A stretch of DNA of 62,235 nucleotides, counting the filler, from Squatina squatina (taxonomy: Eukaryota), in NCBI GenBank assembly GCA_031763465.1. It is 3 parts of 3 records of this genome, joined end to end, with 100 filler letters (N's around TTAATTAATTAA, not from the genome) between each part and the next. Parts side by side here need not be neighbours in the genome. Positions count along the whole stretch, not along the records: positions 20,059 to 47,997 come from JARFOE010000192.1; 2 more parts are not named here. One strand, written 5' to 3'. A model generated the notes under the pieces. That model did not search any database, had not been told where the DNA came from, and saw nothing but the letters and a program-made list of their open reading frames with translations. The position numbers and the translations under genes are program-made. This document shows, in pieces, positions 28,001 through 39,306 of the stretch (position 1 is its first letter; each line of letters opens with the position of its first letter).

Positions 28001-29080
28001 NNNNNNNNNNNNNNNNNNNNNNNNNNNTCTAAACACCAGTGAGCCTGATCGATAAGAGTCTCTGTAGCTTGGTGGGGTTGACATGTGTTGTTGCAAGTAG
28101 GCACTTTATCAAAACATTTCTGACCAACTTTCTGTTGAGGTGGTGCTTTGTAAGATGGGGGAGGCACATAGACAGGAGGCTCCAAGCTGCTACTAACAAG
28201 AGCTTGGGGCCAGCAATTATGGTCAGCACTTGCTTCACTGTCCTTGGCAAAATGAATCACTTGCCCATCATTTTCTCCATGTACATGGAGACTAGGTATC
28301 ATTTCTGAACTTCTCCTAATTTGCTGATACAGTTCATAGGAGGGAGGTTTCAGTGGTCTACTGAACTTAGCTTTCGGCAACTGTGCAAACTGAGCACCCT
28401 GCCTGAGGTTTTCTGTCCATTTTGAACTTGTTTTAGGATTACAATAAGAGCTGCTATCTTGCAACACAAGATGATCTTTCAAACATTGATTTTCCAATCT
28501 ATTTCTGTCAAACCCAGACATATCTACATAATGTAGACCTGTGTGAAATTCCTTACCATTACTTTCNNNNNNNNNNNNNNNNNNNNNNNNNNNNNNNNNN
28601 NNNNNNNNNNNNNNNNNNNNNNNNNNNNNNNNNNNNNNNNNNNNNNNNNNNNNNNNNNNNNNNNNNNNNNNNNNNNNNNNNNNNNNNNNNNNNNNNNNNN
28701 NNNNNNNNNNNNNNNNNNNNNNNNNNNNNNNNNNNNNNNNNNNNNNNNNNNNNNNNNNNNNNNNNNNNNNNNNNNNNTCACACATCTCTCTCACCGTCTC
28801 TCTCTGACCTTCTGCCATCCAACACTTTTGCTCATTTCTTCTACTTACTTCTGTTTTATGCCGCGCATTCTTCAGCTGTGCATCTTGTGAAATTTTTCCT
28901 CGTTGTTCAGCTTTTGGAATGTTTTGAGCTTTTGTCACATTGTTTCCTTTGTAGTCTGAGTCTCCTCGGTTTGTGTAATCCAGTAAAACACTGAAGTCTT
29001 GTCCTCTTCGTCTCCAATAGGTGACATCCTTACCAGATTTGGGCCTAGATGAACAAAGTAATGGAGGACCACTGTTTAAC
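25005..29080 (-). CDS. JCAD: JCAD (KIAA1462) large coding exon, with four N gaps
   Basis: Acceptor tttgttacag|G (phase 2) and donor ATT GGA G|gtatgc. JCAD motifs LKPPSY, EPPVYVPPPSY, ETIFCLVSVP, SMSSSDLELQALTG, SGSWPGDQYRDQETQT, GQFLLKPVNRRPWDAISELESFNKE, ESLEERAARILGI and DRLARMKEVDSVSR are all in one frame. Confidence 0.93.
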
Positions 29081-30012
29081 CTGTAACAAATATAAAAGCG
29101 TAGAATGTGGTTAAGATACTGGAGAAAATTGAATTTATATTTAGAACTTTAATGCCAACTTCATTAATAAATCCTTGTTATTTGCGCATAGATTATTCAT
29201 GCAATAAACTTAGGAACAACGGGCTTTAAAAGGAATTAAGCAGCTTCTGTACAATGAACAAACACTTTACGTTACAGGCAGTAGTGTTTAATCATCTACA
29301 AAAGCTAAATGATGCCAAATACTGTATATCTTTGACCTTAACCTACAGGTTACTTTTTAGCGTACATTATTTCCAATTTAATAAGAACGTAAGCAATAGT
29401 AGCAGGAGTAGGCTACACGGCCCCTCGAGCCTGNNNNNNNNNNNNNNNNNNNNNNNNNNNNNNNNNNNNNNNNNNNNNNNNNNNNNNNNNNNNNNNNNNN
29501 NNNNNNNNNNNNNNNNNNNNNNNNNNNNNNNNNGTATATCAGAGAAAGCTGTGGTCTAGACCAAGCCAGGCACTTTTAAATTCCATTTGACTCAGTTGCG
29601 TTTTTTTATATCACTTGGAAGATGATCTTTAGGACCCCATTATTAATACTGTGTGGTATCATACTCTGACAACTCATCTTTTTTAAGTTATTCACAATGC
29701 TTCCTTTGTGCAATATGCCATAATACAACTGCCCCTAAAATATTTATATCTTCCAAATAAATTGGAGTTAGATTTGGAGGAGGACAACACTGAAAGTCAC
29801 TGAGCAGATATCAGGTGCTTTATGAATCAAGCGTAAATTCCTCTTAATTACAATGGGATCCAGTCTAACACAGGTGACCACGTACGCAATGAACTCAAAT
29901 CGCTCGAAAGCACTCATCACTTGCGGGTAGGACAGCATCAGCGCATGACATCACAGCATTCAGCAATCTGCTGGAAAGTCCGTTTTTGATTTACAACAGC
30001 TGGTTAACTCAC

Positions 30013-30317
30013 CCTGCTTCCTTTACTGCAAATGTAGGCAAATCAGCACAGTAGCTGACGCCAGCCTGTCTTCTCGTATTCCTTTCCCTGCCCTCGCAGT
30101 CACTGAAGTAGCCCTCCACTTGTGCCTGCCTGCTGATAGAGTAGGCCCCGGTGTCGGTCTCGTATCCATTCACTGTTCCATGGCCAGACTTGTTCTCCCT
30201 GACTTCACAACGGCAGCTGGTGTAGGTGTTCTCGTCGGAGGACGGGGGCTTGTCTTTTGAACTTTTCTTTGGGGGTTGATAGCCATGAGAAATCAGGAGG
30301 TCCTCCACACTGAACAT
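30013..30317 (-). CDS. JCAD: JCAD first coding exon
   Basis: MFSVEDLLISHGY matches the JCAD N-terminus (human MYSVEDLLISHGY). Donor GCA GG|gtgagt is phase 2, compatible with the next exon. A probable acceptor tacag| puts the exon start at 30379. Confidence 0.93.
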
Positions 30318-33300
30318 GTTGCTAATGCTTCAGTCACAGCAGGTTGCACTGGGACGAAGCCATGCTGCAGAAGCCATCGCTGTATATATATATATAAAAA
30401 TAAAAGGAGAAGCAGAATGTAACACCAGAGACGATGGCTAATGATCTTTTCCATAAAGATTCATGGGTTAATAAGCCGGTTGCTGATATGACAAAGCTTC
30501 AGTTTTACTCAGTTCTTATCCTTGCCCTTGTATTCTCCAGTCTGACAAACCAATTTGTAACGCTGAACTGCACACGCTCAGAAACACACTATAAATATTT
30601 TTGTACCATTTCTCCCCAGATAATATTTCTCTGCTTTTTTAGCCAGAAGGCAGCTGTAGAGAGCTGCTGACTCAGTCTGTTCAGCATCGGAGCCTTGCGT
30701 TTTGACAACAGCTTTTAGGTCTTAATAGGCGTTTCAAAAGGGGGAAACTCATTAGTGTCCTCCAAAGGCTGCGAGTAAAAAATAAAGTGAGAGCCCTTAC
30801 AATCTCTGCACTGAGACTCTTATTAAGAAATATCAATGTAGCTTGTATATTTTAATCGGTACTTAACATTGGAACTATTAATCAAGATATATAGGTACAA
30901 TAAACTGATCGACACAGCTGCCATTAAAATGTCCATTGAGACCGAATGCTGTTTTCCATTGCCAAAGTGGTTTGTTATTAATGTTACCGTACAGAGGTGG
31001 TGTAATGATTACAGATTACCAGCCATCTGTACGTTTTTGGTCAGATTTGATATATACATAAAAATAATCTCCGGGTAAGCGATGGAAGGTGGTTGTCCTG
31101 CAGTTCTACAGAGGAAGCTTGTACAAGAATCTAGCCATGTACTGAGTGATCTGTTGCCGCTGTGTAATGTAAGTGAGACACTTCTATTGGAGCAGTGATA
31201 AAACTGAGGCAGTTCTGCAGGATTTGGACCGTTGATTTTTAATAACTGGCCTTTTGTTGTTTTCTGTTCCTGTCAAAGAGCTGTCCAAACTACCTTATTA
31301 TTTTCTTTAAGAAAAAACTGTGCAACAAATCTCTCAAAAAATGTGTGCTACTAAAGACGAGGGGTGCCCAATGTGATTGCCCTGAGTTTCTGGTGCTAAG
31401 GGATGAATAGAAGGCGCAAAGTTCAGCTCTTTAAAAAAAAATTCTAAGTCTGGCTTTTCAACACTTAGAAAAAATCTCACAGCTTTAAAAAACGTGCTTA
31501 TTTCAGCGCTAATGGGCCCATACTTAGCGCTGATTTTCTTAGTTTCTTTCAGCTGTTGAATTCCTCAATTGACTTAACTGCTTCTATTAGAGCCTGGCCG
31601 GCGAACTGGCAAGAGCTGGAGGCCAAAGTCGCCGCTCGCCTGGGACGCTGGACAGGACTGCTCCGAGNNNNNNNNNNNNNNNNNNNNNNNNNNNNNNNNN
31701 NNNNNNNNNNNNNNNNNNNNNNNNNNNNNNNNNNNNNNNNNNNNNNNNNNNNNNNNNNNNNNNNNNNCTTTCTATAATGGAGTGCCCAAAACTGTGGCCT
31801 AACCAATTGCCTCTTTCCCCTTGCATTCTATGGCTCTGTTTATAAAACCCTAATTTTCTATTGACCTTCATAAAACACATATATTCAGCCAACTTTTGGT
31901 TAACTCTTCTGGTGCCCATCCTCTCCTACATGAAGTGCTGTGGGATGCTTTCAACATTAATATTACTACAGTATATAGAAGAAGGCTGTTGCAGTTGAGT
32001 TATTCGAAGATACTACAGTCTGAACTGAACAGGATCATTATTCTAGTTCTTGCTGCAAGAGTTGTGTGGCATTGTTGAGCTGCACATGTCTTGTGTATAT
32101 ATTACCAGTGCTAGCAGTGATGTAACTTGGCATAATCACTGTAAGATCACATTTTCCAATTAGCTCAGCTGTAATACATCAGCACACATTGACTAAAACA
32201 TTAATTAGGCCAATTATTAGTAGGCTTACTGGGCTGAAAATAACAGACTAGGATTTTCCCCATTTTAAATATACCAAGTCCCAGTCACAGTACTACATTC
32301 TGCTTTTTGGAGGAATANNNNNNNNNNNNNNNNNNNNNNNNNNNNNNNNNNNNNNNNNNNNNNNNNNNNNNNNNNNNNNNNNNNNNNNNNNNNNNNNNNN
32401 NNNNNNNNNNNNNNNNNAGCAGTTCCGTGCGACCTATTTACAAACAGAGATGTCGCCTCAGTCAGCTCCACCTGTATTGGGACTTGCACAGAAGCTGGAG
32501 GCTGATCAAAAGCAGCCGTCCTTCGAGAAAGTGACTGAACACAGCGCGACCTCGAATGATTATTTTAAAAGATACAACCGCAGTTGTATCGAGGAGTGAA
32601 TGATGAAATGTCACAGCAAAAAAGTTCAGCACTCGTACAAGGAGAAGACACCAGTGTAAATTGAAATATGTCTCTTATCGGATTGAGCACTTAGAAGGCT
32701 GTGTAGGTGCAAAGAGTTCAGCAGGAATCACGCATCTATGTTCTTCTAGAATTGCTCAGAATCCCAGACTGAGAATCAACGATCACATCTCAAAAGCTCT
32801 CCAGCCAGAGACAGTCGCCTCGACACCCGCCTCTCTCTCACCGACCTACCGTTTCCTCGACGTGGCTGTAGCTCGTGCATGTACTTCCTACAGTCTCCTT
32901 TTCCTGGCTTTAACACAAGACAAAAGTGACTACGGTAGAATTTCTGAAGAAAAAAAAATCTCCTTGAAGATTCTGAACAGCCAGGAGGTCAAGAGGAACC
33001 ATCTGCTGAACCCACAACAGTTCAGCAACTCAGTGCAGAAAAGGGGAAAGGAGGACAACAGCGAGGCCAGAAGGACTACAGATAGAACCCACAGCCCAGG
33101 GAAAACGCTTTGTCTGAACAAAATACAAGAGAACAATTGTTTCCTACTGGGTTAAACAGACCCTCACTCTTCAAGGTTAATTGGTATGGATTCTGGCCAA
33201 TGTCATTAGAACTGCATTACCAGCAGTAGGACCTCACAATGTGCACATAACTAACAAAGTATTGTCAGGAAACTGCCAGAACTACTTGTTCAGCATAAAA

Positions 33301-35634
33301 ATAAATGAACCTTTGGCTAAAATACCGTAATGTTCAGGCACAGTGAAGTTGCTGTACAGGGAGCTGTATGATGTTTTTACCTTTCCGTACACAGTGTCCA
33401 ATTNNNNNNNNNNNNNNNNNNNNNNNNNNNNNNNNNNNNNNNNNNNNNNNNNNNNNNNNNNNNNNNNNNNNNNNNNNNNNNNNNNNNNNNNNNNNNNNNN
33501 NNNCCAGGAATCGGATCCGGACAAAACTGAGGCAGTCTCAGCCCAGCCAACTCTGCAAAGTCCTCTTCACTAATATTTGGGAAATGGTGTCTAAGCTCAC
33601 GTCGTTGTACTCAAAGTCATGTCTATCAGCCAACGTCCCAGACTCCATCATTTTCCCTGGATACATCCTATTAATAAGAGAGTAAAGCAGAAGCAGTTAA
33701 TCAGCAAGAGATTTTAAAGGGTTCACTGTAGAGAGTATTATTTTGTTCCAGGAAAAATATGGAGATATTTCTGAAAGGAAATCTCCATAGGCCTGGCAGC
33801 ATCCGTGCAGACACACATTCTGGTTACAAATCAGAAGTACTTTAATTAGTTGCCTACTGGACTTCCTTTGATGACAGGTATATCTGGATCGTTTGCACCG
33901 TAAGCAAAATAAGCAGCTACTCTATATTAAATACTGAGAAGACGAGCTTTGCAGCCATTGACATCAAGCACCTCAAAGACTATTGGAAAAGTGATCTCTG
34001 CTTTCTTTAAACTCTTTCAGTTCTTGCAGACTGTTAACTAATATCCACTGACATATTAAAGCATTCGATTCATCCTTCTTTAAAAAAAAAGTGATAAAAC
34101 ACAACTAAAAGATTCTGCAAAGGTTCCAAGTCCAAAATATAAGTCCTTTGTCTCTTTATTTTAAATAGCAAATCGTTAGTTGAAGTATAAATTCTCCAGT
34201 AAACTTGTGAGGGCAAAGGTTAACTGTCCCAGTCACTGTGGCTTCAATGCGAGCAGCCACTCCAGACTCACTCAAACTCCTGCCTGAACTTTGCAGAAAC
34301 TCCAAATGCGTACGGGTTTATCACAATGTAAATGACTGCAGGTTTCCTGATGTAAATGGAACAGGGTCACTTACTTACCAGGAGTACACCTCATGCTCTG
34401 GCTGCCTGCTTGCTGCGCTTGGGTACTGTGATAAAGCACTGCATGCAGAAACTGCTGAGCATGCTCAGTGGAGGCAGCCATTCATGAAGGGAACTGTGGT
34501 TGGATTTGCTGCCCTCACCAGCTTAATGGCTCTGAAGTGTTCCGAAAGCTGACAGAAACAGCATTTAGTGGAAGGCATTTTCCTCTCCTCTCTGTGCCTT
34601 TCACCTTTCATTCCATAACAAAGGAAAGCCTCCCATTACAAGTGACAGAACTAATTGTTAGCTCGTATGTGACTCTGGTTCATTATCACATCACAAAACA
34701 TTTAAGGCACATGAAATGGATTACACAAGAGGATTCAAATAAAAAATGTCATGCTGGGCTGTCTCATTTATTTTAAACTTAGGGACCTTCAAAACTCAAT
34801 AGATTTACATAGTGTATTCAAGAGGTTAGGTGGATTCAATGTTAGGTGGAGTCAGAGTAAGTAATTAGCACGCCTCGGCTAGGCAGGGNNNNNNNNNNNN
34901 NNNNNNNNNNNNNNNNNNNNNNNNNNNNNNNNNNNNNNNNNNNNNNNNNNNNNNNNNNNNNNNNNNNNNNNNNNNNNNNNNNNNNNNNGCGCGGTGCATG
35001 TCAGCACACATCTTTATTACGTCACGCGCCGACCCACCGCGGAATTCAGCTGGCCAGGTTTGCACCCCAGCTGAATTCTCCAGGAGGCCAGATGGCCGCC
35101 TCCTGCCGCCATTTTTTCCTGTTATGCCTCATTAGCACCCATTGCTAATGGGGCACAACAGGAGATGAAATTCTCGCCCCAAGTGTTTTATTTCTGGGTG
35201 CTTTTTTTGACTTGGTAAGAAAATTCCTGTAGAATATTCAAATTTTCATTCTTCAGAAAATAAAATCAATCTCACTTCAAGAAAAATTATTGCCAATGAG
35301 ACTCTCTGCTCTCTTCTACTCTACATGTTCATGGATACTGGAGTCTCTCTGCGACATCTTACCACTCAGTGGCAGCAAATCTTATTTTAATGAGGCCTTA
35401 AATGTGTTTCTTCTGTGCATCAGTGTTTGTAACAAATACACTCACATACTGATTAAAGAAGTTGACTGGAAAATCTGCATTGGTGCAGGAAATGAAAAGT
35501 AATATTTTGTTATTGATCTGACACACCCAGATAAGCGGCTACCAGGATACTACACTGGCCGTTTTGAGGTGGAATTTTTTGCTTTGCTCTAACGGGACCT
35601 TCTACCAGTCAACTGCTGTTTTCAGTCCTTACTT

Positions 35635-35908
35635 GGATTGCCAACCCTTCAGGGTTGCCCTGGAGTCTCCAGAAATAATAATTAATCTATTAGGCACTAC
35701 TGCACGCAACCCAGGGAGAAAAAAAAATCATAAGAGGCATTAAAAAATTGGGTTTTTGAAATTCATTTTCTTTGAACACCAAGGGTTATTACATATAAAA
35801 ATATTGGAGGTGGGAAATTAAAGGCCGTTTTTCTGTGGGGGTGCGTTTGGAGGTGAGAGGTCATGTGAGGAAACCACCAGGAATATATCCAACCAGAGTT
35901 GGCAATCC
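35635..35908. mobile_element. ~275-bp MITE with TIR GGATTGCCAAC/GTTGGCAATCC
   Basis: Perfect 11-bp inverted termini. A related end lies at ~21146 (agggttgccaaccctccagg) and an inverted copy at ~36035-36281. Confidence 0.75.
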
Positions 35909-36034
35909 TAGGAACGTATCCCATGCCATCTGGAGTTTAAGTAATCGTGCCCCAAGCTCCAATTATTTTTAAGATAAAAATCAAACAAAAGCCACGTAGA
36001 TCCCACCTGATTTTTTTATGGTGCGTTGGTAAGG

Positions 36035-36281
36035 ACTAGGATTGTATTCCTGGAGGTCTCATCACATGATATCCCACCTCCAATCACCCCACCCAGTCAA
36101 ACAGCTGGTTTTTTTCCCATTTTCCATCTCCAATATTTTTATAACTAATAAACAAAGTGTTTGGAAAATTGAAATGATTTTTTAACACCCCTTATGACTT
36201 TTCTTCTAGGCTGCTCGCAGCAGTGCCAAGAAGATTAATCTTTAATTTCTGGAGAGTCCAGAACAACAGTTTGGCACCCCG
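36035..36281. mobile_element. Second copy of the same MITE in opposite orientation
   Basis: Segments tattcctggaggtctcatcacatga, ctccaatattttt and ttctggagagtccag are reverse complements of segments of 35635-35908. Confidence 0.7.
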
Positions 36282-38891
36282 GTGTATTCAGAATGGCACA
36301 CAGGCATACTGGAAACAGATATAAGTGTAAGCACCATTTTTACTTTGCGCTGAACTTCTGACCCTTGATATCTCCGTGCTTGCAGATGCTCCTTCAGAAA
36401 AAAAAATGCATGGCATTGATGGTATTAGCTGGAAGCAAGTCCCTTTACTGATCTTAAACGTAAGCTCAACCTCACACCTAAATCCGCCTCCATCAGTGAC
36501 GGCTCTGTCTGTGCCTGTTGCACAAAGTGCTGACTGAGGTGCTCCCAGGGGAAATCAGAAACATTTAGAAATAAGTGGCAAGCTCTGACCGAATATTTTC
36601 AGAAGCAGACTCACTGCCCAATGCTGGCCGCATTTCTTTATTGGCAAGTATTTTAATATTCCATCAAACACATAAAACAGCTAATCACAGAGCGAGGATT
36701 GAGAAGTTGTACCATAGCCACTTCTATCATTGATTGATGAATCCTTTTATCTGTACTGTAGCCCATACTTTCTTTGGTACGTGGCACGTTCTGTAATTCT
36801 AAAGTATGTGTCACGGAGATCTGACCTGTAACCTGCACCCAGCACAGCTTTCTTAAATTTAAAATAGGAAACAAAAGAATGTTTTTTTTTTGTACAAGAG
36901 TTTACTTTTTATAACTTATAATTAAGAAAGAAAGAGNNNNNNNNNNNNNNNNNNNNNNNNNNNNNNNNNNNNNNNNNNNNNNNNNNNNNNNNNNNNNNNN
37001 NNNNNNNNNNNNNNNNNNNNNNNNNNNNNNNNNNNNCTAATTTATTCCTGAAATGAAATTATGGCTGAGTACATTTGCTAAGTGATTATAAATCATTTTA
37101 TAGTGCATCTTAACTGTTAGATACATTTGTAGCGATTCCATTAAAGAAACAAAGAAATTAGCACTTGTCCCAACTAATAAGGAAATAAATAAATCTACAC
37201 TATAAAGCTATAGTCCCAATTAGTTTGGGTAGGTCATTTCCTCTACATATTTATCAAAGAAGCACAGATGCTTATTTGCCTCTACATTGATCTGTAGGGA
37301 TTGCAGCTTTAGCTCTTGTCATCAGATATTCCCAATACCAGAGCAAAGTTCAGAGAAAATACATGAATTACAGTGTCTCATCCAAAACCACTAAAACACT
37401 TTAAATGTTGCAAAGCTGACTACTAATGGAACTATTCAAAGGATCCTGATGAAATGAGCTTTCAGTGCCTTTATAAGAGATTATAACGTACAATAGATTA
37501 AAGTTGATAGAAGACATGTCGCTGTTCCTCGGTGAGCTGTATTCTCTGCTGGGAGACAGCGAGGAAACAGCAATCCCTCATAAAGTTATGAAGTCATTTT
37601 GTAAACAACACAGCATGCTCGGATGTGTTGCCTAAACACCGCACAAAGATAAACTTACCTGAGGTAAAGAGCTGCTCTTTACGCTGCCATTGCAACTGCT
37701 GCAGCACATTGAAGTGCCCCAACTGAATAAAAACACAGTCTGGAAAAATACACTGCTAGTCTCTTCTCAAAAAGTGCACTCCCTTTCTTCCTGCAGCTGT
37801 TTCCTAAACAAAACACTGCTATTGTTCTGTTATCTGCACCACAAACACGCCCTTCTCTAAAAATCCCTGTGTGCAAAAGGCTGTATCAGCCTTACAGTAC
37901 CGCACTAATGCAATGGTTGTCACATGCTTAATGCAATCTTACTTGTCATGCTCCACATTGGCTAAAAAAAACCAAATTCTTCAATTTTGGCTTGTGATAG
38001 AAGTCAGATTAGGTAGAGCATTGATTTCATACAGTACTTGTACTGATCAACGCAACTTCATATTTTAAAGGCTGTTGGTTAATAATTGTTGCATGAACTA
38101 AGGACGATTGTTGAACTGAATTCATAACCCAAATTCATAAAATGAATTGGGCCTTGTTAAATTAATTTATAAATATTCCCATTCTGTTCCTGGTTAGTTT
38201 GTCCCATTAAGGCAGTATAATGTGAAAATAATGGGATTATAGAACACCATACGCCATCCAGCCCCATAGATCGTGTACACCCTGCCATGGATGCCCCTGA
38301 GGGGGAATAACCTTGCACTGCACAAGGTACGGGCAGGCTCCACTTCTAAAAGGCCCCATCTCTCTTCATATCTCCTTGGACTCTGGTTTGGGCTGAGGTT
38401 CTGCGAGAAGGTGACAACTCTGAACTGGGAGCCTCAGTCAAAGCCGATCTGCACTTGCACTTCACATATCAAAACTGGCCGGCACAGATCGCCCTGAACC
38501 AAACTGAGAGATCACACGAAGGGCAGCGGGCTCGGTGTTTGGAGCATTTCACACGGGGCACATGGTCCTAAACTCAGCTCAGCACCATCATTTCTAAACA
38601 CTTGCCTGGAATATACACACAAAGACACTACAGTGAGCAGCTGATTCTTGCATGGTTCACATGGGGAGCCATTGTGATCCACAGACTATTTCATCGTTGG
38701 TGTGTATCCATATAACCTTCATAGAAACATAGAAAATAGGTGCAGGAGTAGGCCATTAGGCCCTTCGAGCCTGCACCGCCATTCAATATGANNNNNNNNN
38801 NNNNNNNNNNNNNNNNNNNNNNNNNNNNNNNNNNNNNNNNNNNNNNNNNNNNNNNNNNNNNNNNNNNNNNNNNNNNNNNNNNNNNNNNNNN

Positions 38892-39306
38892 CATCTTTGA
38901 GACGACCTGAGAATCGGACAACAAAAAAAAATGGTGGCCCGCGGCGCCGGCGCCCTCCCCTTTGAGGAGCGCCCCGAGAGCCGATGCCTTCCAGCTTCGT
39001 GACCTGCAAAGCTGGTGTTGACATCCTCTCGCGACCCGCGGGGCAATTTCCTCCGCAGGGCAGTAAGCGGTCAGTGTGGGGTGGCGAGGGGTTGCCGCGC
39101 ACGGCGATGATGTCATCTTGGGTTGCGCGGCGGCCCGGGGAGCTAACCACGTGGTGCGCCGCTGCCATGGCAACACGTCCGCAAACACCCAGGTAATTTC
39201 CTGGGAGGTAGTAGCGCCCCCCTACCCTGGGAGAAAACTGTCTTGTGCCCTGTTACTGACCCCCGGAGGCACTGACGGGGCTATAAAAAGGGGCAACTTC
39301 ACCCCC
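38892..39306. mobile_element. Harbinger-like GC-rich non-autonomous element (partial)
   Basis: GC/CpG-rich body ending in caacttcaccccc, similar in style to 12316-13024. It follows a gap next to a CR1 tail (38720-38791). Confidence 0.5.

Noticed and set aside
24964-28938. The 1324-aa ORF as a single-exon gene
   Set aside because: It is the internal JCAD exon. The true limits are set by splice sites at 29080 and 25005, and the ORF's start and last residues are not the protein termini.
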